Positions 1 through 4,833 of a DNA stretch of 5,558 nt are shown one piece after another. The position numbers and the translations under genes are program-made. The DNA comes from a virus. The DNA lies in the IMG/VR virus record IMGVR_UViG_3300045988_153201, positions 1 to 5,558 of that record; one strand, 5' to 3'. Positions within the stretch are counted from its first letter, which is position 1. Every line of letters begins with the position of its first letter. The notes beneath the pieces are model-generated. The model saw only the letters and a list, made by a program, of their open reading frames with translations, had not been told where the DNA came from and ran no database searches.

Positions 1-24
1 AAAAAAAAAAAAAAAAAAAAAAAA
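1..24. repeat. poly(A) homopolymer, 24 nt (T24 on the coding/minus strand); it touches the window edge so its true length is unknown
   Basis: Direct reading: 24 consecutive A before g25. Confidence 0.95.
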
Positions 25-27
25 GAA

Positions 28-67
28 CTCCCCTGACCCCCTACGGGGGCACGGGGAGAACTTTTTT
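28..67. terminator. Bidirectional intrinsic terminator: GC hairpin flanked by A24 on one side and T6 on the other
   Basis: Outer stem c28-c33 / g53-g58 (6 bp). t34-a51 and g35-c50 pair with single-nt bulges. Inner stem c37-c41 / g45-g49 (5 bp) closes a TAC triloop. On the minus strand the hairpin sits 10 nt after the Zot-like stop (71..69) and is followed by TTC+T24. On the plus strand it is followed by T6 (62-67). Confidence 0.7.
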
Positions 68-68
68 C

Positions 69-692
69 TCACTCCGAAGGATACTTGCTGATAACCTGCT
101 CTGTATCGTATTCTAAGGCACTTACCCGCTTTACAGATTTGGGGATGGTATACCATCTTGCCCGGCCTGCTTTGCGCACCGTGTTAACCAGTTCTTGGCC
201 TCCCTCGGGGCGATGTTCCATAGCAATACAGGAGCGATAAGGAGTAAGGCGACAAAACCAGCCAATGCGGTTGCAAAGATAAATGTGGTCGCAGAGGTCA
301 CGAATCTTTTTATCAAAGTCCATGGTCTGAGACGATACAATAATCGTCAAATGATATTTACGCTGCATCTTAAAAAACTCAACAGCTTCGCGGGGCATAG
401 TTTTAAAATCACGGTTAGAGTGAAGCACGCCGATTTCATCGATAAGAATAAGGGAATCGGGAAGAAAAGTTTGTTTCCAGTATTCAGGCTCTAACTCATA
501 ACCAATACCCATATTGCTATAAATAAGCCCCTTATTAGCACGTAGCCACTTATCAGCAACACGAGACATATACAGAGACTTACCAGAGCCTTTTGAACCA
601 ACAACAGCCTCAAGCTTGTAGGGGTTTTTGCAATAATTATCAATATATACAAATAGCCAGCAAATACAAAAGAAAAGAATACCATAAAGCAT
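69..692 (-). CDS. Zot / pI-like filamentous-phage assembly ATPase (P-loop NTPase), short form with an N-terminal hydrophobic segment
   Basis: 207-aa ORF. Walker A is GSKGSGKS and Walker B-like is SLILIDEIG. QRKYHLTIIVSSQ...KKIRDL resembles the HRHxGxDIxxxTQ...IR block of the Zot family (PF05707, from memory). SD GAAAGG lies 10 nt upstream of ATG 692. It is the last gene of the operon, as gene I is in inoviruses. Confidence 0.8.
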   Translation of the reverse strand: MLYGILFFCICWLFVYIDNYCKNPYKLEAVVGSKGSGKSLYMSRVADKWLRANKGLIYSNMGIGYELEPEYWKQTFLPDSLILIDEIGVLHSNRDFKTMPREAVEFFKMQRKYHLTIIVSSQTMDFDKKIRDLCDHIYLCNRIGWFCRLTPYRSCIAMEHRPEGGQELVNTVRKAGRARWYTIPKSVKRVSALEYDTEQVISKYPSE

Positions 693-714
693 AACATATA
701 ATCCTTTCTAAAAT

Positions 715-760
715 GAGAAAACGTCGCCGACCATTTAAAAATGGTCGGCGGCGTTTTCTC
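715..760 (-). terminator. Long near-perfect hairpin (~21 bp stem) between the coat-like ORF and the Zot-like gene: candidate attenuator/terminator, alternatively a packaging signal or minus-strand origin
   Basis: g715-c760 pairs inward through t735-a740, with one T.G (plus) / A.C (minus) position at 724/751. On the minus strand it begins 7 nt after the TAA at 770..768 and is followed by AUUUUAG, the Zot SD and ATG 692. Confidence 0.45.
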
Positions 761-767
761 TCAATTC

Positions 768-896
768 TTAGGAACGACCGGGAATCCAGCGGCGCAGAAT
801 GCGAAGCACGACACCAGCAATCATAAGAAGAACGAATACAAGGAGAATCGGCTGAGCTTCATAGAAGTCCAAGAGCTGACCCATCCAAGTAATCAT
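768..896 (-). CDS. Small coat-like membrane protein (candidate major coat protein). Conservative ATG start gives 42 aa; the frame is open up to 959 and may start at CAG 956 (62 aa), see findings
   Basis: Manual translation: MITWMGQLLDFYEAQPILLVFVLLMIAGVVLRILRRWIPGRS*. It has an acidic N-terminal part, one hydrophobic helix and an Arg-rich C-terminus, the pVIII/Pf3-coat architecture. It is below the 60-aa cutoff of the ORF track. ATG 896 has only a weak, distant SD. Confidence 0.55.
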   Translation of the reverse strand: MITWMGQLLDFYEAQPILLVFVLLMIAGVVLRILRRWIPGRS

Positions 897-997
897 CTGG
901 GTGAAAAAATCACCGACCTGAGAAAGCAGAGTAGCAATAGTAGAGGTAGCGGCCTGAAGTCATCATCCTTTCATAAGATTTTTTTTATGGACACCTG

Positions 998-1111
998 TCA
1001 CGGACGGAGCAGGAGAACCAACAAAGAAAAAGCACCAGCAAAAACGATAAAATAGCCAATCTCGGGAACTGAAAATATGCCGAAACAATACTGCAAAGGG
1101 AGAATTTCCAT
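998..1111 (-). CDS. 37-aa hydrophobic protein (pVII/pIX-like size class), translationally coupled
   Basis: Manual translation: MEILPLQYCFGIFSVPEIGYFIVFAGAFSLLVLLLRP*. Its ATG shares the A of the upstream TGA stop (TGATG at 1113..1109). One predicted TM helix. Confidence 0.5.
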   Translation of the reverse strand: MEILPLQYCFGIFSVPEIGYFIVFAGAFSLLVLLLRP

Positions 1112-1719
1112 CAACTCATGCGCCCCCAAATCGCGTTTTTAATCCATGTAACAGAAGTAACGAAGACAAGGACAACAAGCAGAGCAGAAACGCAAGCTTG
1201 CGGGTTGAGAACTTGTGAAGTAGTAGTGGAATCTTCCTCGTAAGGTAGTTGAATAAGTTGAGTCGAACTGTTATAGGAATACCGTTCGGACGTATAACCG
1301 GACTTGTGGACCGTCTCACTACGTTCAATAAAAAAAGTGTCTCCGAACCAATCCATAATAGCAGTGAAACTATTAGAGACGTTAGGGAGATTAGCATACA
1401 AAGCCGGAGTATCTGCGGCGCGGTCATCATAAGCAGTTAAGCTCCCTTCGAAAGGCAATTCTTCTTCCTGCGACACATAACCTTCGCGAAGGTCGGGACT
1501 TTCGGTAATGTTCTGCGAAGGCTCAGCAGGAGACGTTTCTTCCAGCTGAGAATCAGCAGAAGAATTAGCATCCAAGTCGGAGACGGCATTCGCCGATGCC
1601 TTGAGATAATCAAACTGCTCCACGGTCATATCGCAAGTACTACCATCTTTATACTGCACAGTGTAGACGGTAACGCCGTCAGAATCAACCCAAGTTTTGA
1701 TAATAGCTGGGACTTCCAT
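1111..1719 (-). CDS. 202-aa acidic protein with a C-terminal transmembrane anchor and no N-terminal signal peptide; function unknown (possible minor virion or assembly protein)
   Basis: ORF-track ORF. SD-like GGGGGTGA lies upstream of ATG 1719. The start overlaps the previous stop (TAATG). A Ser/Asp/Glu-rich central linker is followed by the C-terminal hydrophobic stretch ACVSALLVVLVFVTSVTWI. Confidence 0.75.
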   Translation of the reverse strand: MEVPAIIKTWVDSDGVTVYTVQYKDGSTCDMTVEQFDYLKASANAVSDLDANSSADSQLEETSPAEPSQNITESPDLREGYVSQEEELPFEGSLTAYDDRAADTPALYANLPNVSNSFTAIMDWFGDTFFIERSETVHKSGYTSERYSYNSSTQLIQLPYEEDSTTTSQVLNPQACVSALLVVLVFVTSVTWIKNAIWGRMS

Positions 1720-1886
1720 TATTTTTCACCCCCATCCCAAAGGCCACGGAGAACAAAGCCAACAAGCGAAAGCAGAAGACAAACCAAAATAAAGTTGCCA
1801 AAAGTACCGAAACCAAAAAAGGAAATAGAAAGCACGTTGGCGATAAACGAGGTAAAAACACCAAGAGCGGAAACAAAGTCTACCAT
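1719..1886 (-). CDS. 55-aa protein with two hydrophobic helices (pVI-like small membrane/virion protein candidate)
   Basis: Manual translation: MVDFVSALGVFTSFIANVLSISFFGFGTFGNFILVCLLLSLVGFVLRGLWDGGEK*. SD TAAAGG lies 10 nt upstream of ATG 1886. It overlaps the upstream ORF by 7 nt and the downstream ORF by 1 nt. Confidence 0.6.
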   Translation of the reverse strand: MVDFVSALGVFTSFIANVLSISFFGFGTFGNFILVCLLLSLVGFVLRGLWDGGEK

Positions 1887-2011
1887 GGCAACCAATCCTT
1901 TACGAACTTATAAATACCGAGGCCGACAAGAAAAACAACAACGGCAATAACGAGAGCGCCACCAGAACCAAAAAGGCCAAAGACCGAATTGAAGAAATCC
2001 AGAAAAGTCAT
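1880..2011 (-). CDS. 43-aa single-helix hydrophobic protein (second coat-like candidate)
   Basis: Manual translation: MTFLDFFNSVFGLFGSGGALVIAVVVFLVGLGIYKFVKDWLPW*. ATG 2011..2009 overlaps the TGA 2010..2008 of the 394-aa ORF (ATGA coupling). SD GAAAGG lies 10 nt upstream. Confidence 0.6.
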   Translation of the reverse strand: MTFLDFFNSVFGLFGSGGALVIAVVVFLVGLGIYKFVKDWLPW

Positions 2012-3192
2012 CCGTCGACCGCCTTTCTAATGAGCATTCGGAGAACAACAGCACCGAAGCAAAGGAGAGAAACAGAAAACAGGAATGCACCTAAGTTCTG
2101 AAAAAGCCCGCCAAGAAGACCAGAAGCGGCGGAAGCAACGTCAGAATCAACAGAATCAAGGCCATTAATAGCTTCATCAAGAAAAGACTCAGAATCACGA
2201 ATCTTAGTTTCGACATCATATCTATCCAAAAGGGAATCACGCAAAGAATCAAATTCGTCAGAAGCGGGGAAAGAATCACCGACATTCAAACCAGCCGGGA
2301 GCTTATTAGCATCAATCCAGAAACTGAGACGAATAGAGAATTTGAGAGTTTTCCCATCAAGGGACAAATACTGAGCATCTGACCAACCTTCCATATCAGG
2401 AAGAATAAGCCATTGCAAGGAAGAAAGAGAAGCATTCGGCACGGTATCAAGATGAGCCCAAGAATAATGTTGTTGATTCTGATTCAAATGCAAAACATAC
2501 TGAGCATTCCAAAGGAGAGAAACAGAAGGAGAAGAAGAAGGCAAAGAAATAGAAGGGCCGGAAATAGTAAAATAATCACCACCGGAACCAGAATTATTAT
2601 CAAGCTCACCTAATCTAGAAGGAGAAAAAGTACGAACAACATAAAAAGGGGAAGCAGAACTAAGAAAAGTATCAGCACTGGAAGAACCAGAACGCCGACG
2701 GATAACTTCGGAAGTAGAAATATCAAAAGAATACGTTTTATTTTGGGGAACTAAATAAAAAGAAGAAATCGAATTAAAAAGAGAAGAAGTACCAGAGGAA
2801 ATAATTTCCGGACTGTCTAACTCAACATAAGAAGTACGACCAAGGGGCAAATCAGCACGCCACCAGTCAGGATAATTAACAGGGCAAGCCCAGACTTGGA
2901 CAAAGTCGTGATAGGGAGAATCACGAGAACCATCATAAAAAGTGTTCAGGTAAGAAGAAAAAAAAGTTTCGAAAGTAGCAGCATAAACTTCACCGTTGAC
3001 ATATGGTGAAAGATGAAGATAAGGAGTTAAAGTACCACTCTCACCATACATATCACGCTTATCAATAACGACCCACTCAAAAGAAGATGCATTATTGGAA
3101 GCAAACGCAGGAACACAAAAAGAAGAACAAACAATCAGAGCCGCGACAAGGGCAGCGAAGCGCTTATAAAAACACCGCTGCTTTTTTTTCAC
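2008..3192 (-). CDS. 394-aa secreted, C-terminally membrane-anchored protein; putative pIII-like adsorption / minor coat protein
   Basis: GTG start with SD GAAAGGTGGTGG at 10-nt spacing. The N-terminal signal peptide is MKKKQRCFYKRFAALVAALIVCSSFCVPAFA|S. Ser/Gly-rich linkers include NNSGSGGD and SLPSSSPSVS. The C-terminal TM is AFLFSVSLLCFGAVVL followed by basic residues. The architecture matches gene III proteins, but no sequence homology can be asserted. Confidence 0.7.
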   Translation of the reverse strand: MKKKQRCFYKRFAALVAALIVCSSFCVPAFASNNASSFEWVVIDKRDMYGESGTLTPYLHLSPYVNGEVYAATFETFFSSYLNTFYDGSRDSPYHDFVQVWACPVNYPDWWRADLPLGRTSYVELDSPEIISSGTSSLFNSISSFYLVPQNKTYSFDISTSEVIRRRSGSSSADTFLSSASPFYVVRTFSPSRLGELDNNSGSGGDYFTISGPSISLPSSSPSVSLLWNAQYVLHLNQNQQHYSWAHLDTVPNASLSSLQWLILPDMEGWSDAQYLSLDGKTLKFSIRLSFWIDANKLPAGLNVGDSFPASDEFDSLRDSLLDRYDVETKIRDSESFLDEAINGLDSVDSDVASAASGLLGGLFQNLGAFLFSVSLLCFGAVVLRMLIRKAVDG

Positions 3193-3220
3193 TTCGCCAC
3201 CACCTTTCGCGACATCGAAT

Positions 3221-3239
3221 AACGGAGGTCACATCCGTT
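3221..3239 (-). other. Small hairpin immediately 3' of the tRNA
   Basis: AACGGA (3221-3226) pairs with TCCGTT (3234-3239) around a 7-nt loop, 1 nt downstream of the encoded CCA end on the minus strand. Confidence 0.4.
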
Positions 3240-3240
3240 T

Positions 3241-3314
3241 TGGTTGCGGGGTTAGGATTCGAACCTACAGTTTCGCGTTCAGAGCGCGACGTGCTACCGT
3301 TGCACCACCCCGCC
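3241..3314 (-). tRNA. 74-nt tRNA with anticodon CUG (Gln by anticodon) and an initiator-tRNA(fMet)-like acceptor stem and anticodon arm; CCA encoded
   Basis: Reverse complement: GGCGGGGTGGTGCAACGGTAGCACGTCGCGCTCTGAACGCGAAACTGTAGGTTCGAATCCTAACCCCGCAACCA. Cloverleaf: acceptor 1-7/66-72 with a G1xA72 mismatch, U8, D stem GTGC/GCAC with G18G19, anticodon stem TCGCG/CGCGA, loop C-U-CUG-A-A, T stem GTAGG/CCTAA (G49xA65), T loop TTCGAAT, A73, CCA. Confidence 0.85.
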
Positions 3315-3318
3315 ATGT

Positions 3319-3338
3319 GAGAGCGGCGAACCGCTCTC
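3319..3338 (-). other. 8-bp GC-rich hairpin with a UUCG loop (minus strand) 4 nt upstream of the tRNA 5' end
   Basis: GAGAGCGG (3319-3326) pairs with CCGCTCTC (3331-3338). No U tract follows, so it is not a canonical terminator. It may be a processing or stability element between ssb and the tRNA. Confidence 0.5.
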
Positions 3339-3374
3339 CCACAGGAAATGAAATTGGGGTTTGAACAAAGGAAG

Positions 3375-3617
3375 TTAAACTTCCTCAATTCCGAGAAGAT
3401 AACCGTTACGGTCAAAGTCAAGATCGTACATAGCGCCGACAACAATAAGCGCATACGGCATCATGCGAGCATCGACATTGATTCTATCAACCTGCACACC
3501 GACATTGTCATCGTTTGCACGCATCGAATATTCGGCCATGAGAGTAGTAAAATCATAGTCTTTGCCCTGCTTAGTAGTACCAGCGCGGCGGGACTTACCA
3601 ACTACAGTAACATTCAT
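3375..3617 (-). CDS. 80-aa putative ssDNA-binding protein (gene V analogue)
   Basis: Size (about 80-90 aa) and position directly after the Rep gene match inovirus gV. SD TGAAAGGATGG lies upstream of ATG 3617. The assignment rests on synteny and size only. Confidence 0.5.
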   Translation of the reverse strand: MNVTVVGKSRRAGTTKQGKDYDFTTLMAEYSMRANDDNVGVQVDRINVDARMMPYALIVVGAMYDLDFDRNGYLLGIEEV

Positions 3618-3635
3618 ACAGCGACCATCCTTTCA

Positions 3636-4772
3636 TCAGAATAAAGATATATCATCAAACCCGACTTCACTAAAGGGAGAGGGGTCATCAGCAAATTCGC
3701 GAAATTCCTCAACGGCAATGCGCGAAGACTCAGAAAATTGCGCGACTTCCTGTGTTAACGCAAGAGGGGAGAACGGAAGACGCTCATTATAATACCGTTC
3801 CCACTTACAACAAGCGAGGAAAAGAAGCTCAGGACGATAAAGCAGGATATCAATGATACGATGACCGAAGACGTTAGCAACATAGGACATTTTTTGCTCC
3901 TCGGTATGGATAGAGACGGAGAATTTCTTAGCAAGGTCATCACTAAGAGGACACAAAAAGTCATCAGTGTAACGAATTCCGCGTGCTTCAATATCGGTTA
4001 CGAACTGCATATCATCCCAGCCATCGGGGAGAAGAGTTTCATTCCCGTAGCGATTCCAAACTTTACGAAGATAGGAAAAAAGCTTCTCAGGGTCTTCATA
4101 ATAAGACCAAAAGAGCGGAGATGGGTCATAAACAGTACGACCGGAAGAATTCACACGAGAAGTATATTTCAACTCCATCTCGTAACGAATGATATAAGAA
4201 TCATCGGGACAATCCAAAAGCTCACCAGAAGCCACACAAAGCTTTTTTTCGGGGTCTTGAAGGGACTTATTATAGATACGGCAGAAGACAGCAGATGACG
4301 TTCTACGACCGATATAAACGGTAGTGGAATCGCCGTAGCCCTGATACATGAATTTGCGAACCTTACGGGCTTTTTCGGGAAAATTCATCTCATCAACGGA
4401 AGCAGAGATAACACCCAAATAAAACTCGCGCCACCGTTGCTTTGTCATAACAACATCAAAACAAAAGTCAAGACGAGAAAAATGACCAAATTCATGACCT
4501 TCTTGCATCAATGACGCGAGACGGGGCAGGGTAGGACGGAAAAGCTCACAACCATGACCAGAAACATGTAAAGAATGCGGAGACAGTTTCGAGCCGTTAT
4601 TCGGTTTATAGAAGAGTCCCGCAGGAGAATTACAAGGGGAATTCTCACTTGCGTTGGAAGTCTGCGAAAAATGCAAATCACACTGAGCAAGAGAATCTTC
4701 GATTTTGGAAATAGAAATTGAACCCTGCTCAAAAGCAAAAGTAGCATAATCAAGTTTAACAACAATTTTCAT
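3636..4772 (-). CDS. Rolling-circle replication initiator, Rep_trans family (PF02486; RstA / pT181 RepC-like)
   Basis: Family-typical blocks are KLDYATFAF, LHVSGHGCELF, FSRLDFCFDV, TVYIGRRTSSAVFCRIYNK and IIRYEMELK. I place the start at ATG 4772 (MKIVVKL...) because SD GAAAGGTGG precedes it and the track's ATG 4814 lies upstream of the -10 box of the only visible promoter. The stop is a double TGA TGA. Confidence 0.9.
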   Translation of the reverse strand: MKIVVKLDYATFAFEQGSISISKIEDSLAQCDLHFSQTSNASENSPCNSPAGLFYKPNNGSKLSPHSLHVSGHGCELFRPTLPRLASLMQEGHEFGHFSRLDFCFDVVMTKQRWREFYLGVISASVDEMNFPEKARKVRKFMYQGYGDSTTVYIGRRTSSAVFCRIYNKSLQDPEKKLCVASGELLDCPDDSYIIRYEMELKYTSRVNSSGRTVYDPSPLFWSYYEDPEKLFSYLRKVWNRYGNETLLPDGWDDMQFVTDIEARGIRYTDDFLCPLSDDLAKKFSVSIHTEEQKMSYVANVFGHRIIDILLYRPELLFLACCKWERYYNERLPFSPLALTQEVAQFSESSRIAVEEFREFADDPSPFSEVGFDDISLF

Positions 4773-4804
4773 GTGAGAAAACCACCTTTCATTTCCATGG
4801 CTAA

Positions 4805-4833
4805 ATATTACCACAGTAAGAATGAATTGTCAA
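4805..4833 (-). promoter_or_regulatory. Near-consensus sigma70/sigmaA promoter for the rep-to-zot operon
   Basis: Minus strand reads TTGACA (4833..4828), a 17-nt spacer ending in TGg, then TAATAT (4810..4805). That is an extended -10 about 33 nt upstream of ATG 4772. Confidence 0.7.

Noticed and set aside
2941-2960. A8 run inside the 394-aa gene (2951-2958) as a frameshift site
   Set aside because: It reads through cleanly as FFSS in the long ORF, and no alternative frame of any length opens after it.
3241-3314. The tRNA-like segment as a mere attP remnant (a partial host tRNA copy used for integration)
   Set aside because: It is a full-length cloverleaf with intact D, anticodon and T arms and an encoded CCA, not just a 3' fragment. 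No integrase is encoded. Its anticodon does not match its initiator-like body, which argues against a simple copy of a host gene. This is not fully excluded without host data.
960-3638. TGA reassignment (genetic code 4 or 25) to explain the TGA TGA pairs ahead of the coat-like frame and after rep
   Set aside because: TGA acts as the stop in four tidy stop/start couplings (ATGA at 2011..2008, TGATG at 1113..1109, the rep stop at 3638..3636 and the Zot stop at 71..69). The standard code already gives full-length, motif-bearing proteins. The phage tRNA is not a UCA-anticodon suppressor.
195-4298. Plus-strand ORFs from the track that lie antisense to the minus-strand genes (195..494, 741..1055, 1249..1440, 2413..2613, 3087..3320, 3348..3644, 3562..3792, 3861..4298, 3983..4192)
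   Set aside because: Each is fully contained in, or straddles, a well-supported minus-strand gene, the tRNA or a hairpin. None has a GAAAGG-type SD or a promoter. Their products are low-complexity shadows, for example the RRRRRRQRNRR run opposite the Ser-rich region. 741..1055 starts inside the 715-760 hairpin, and 3087..3320 runs through the tRNA.
131-4765. Minus-strand alternative-frame ORFs nested in the real genes (131..340, 491..697, 1116..1430, 1685..1876, 1908..2090, 2091..2285, 3164..3454, 3755..3991, 4508..4765)
   Set aside because: These are out-of-frame overlaps with longer ORFs that have recognisable motifs or proper SDs. Their Leu/Phe/Ser-rich products are typical of off-frame reading of T-rich coding DNA. 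The manually found 43-aa and 55-aa ORFs, with SDs and stop/start coupling, explain 1719-2011 better than 1685..1876 or 1908..2090.
4773-4814. 14-codon N-terminal extension of Rep (the track start at ATG 4814)
   Set aside because: ATG 4814 lies upstream of the -10 box (4810..4805) of the only visible promoter and has no SD. ATG 4772 has GAAAGGTGG upstream, and the conserved N-terminal Rep_trans block begins right after it.
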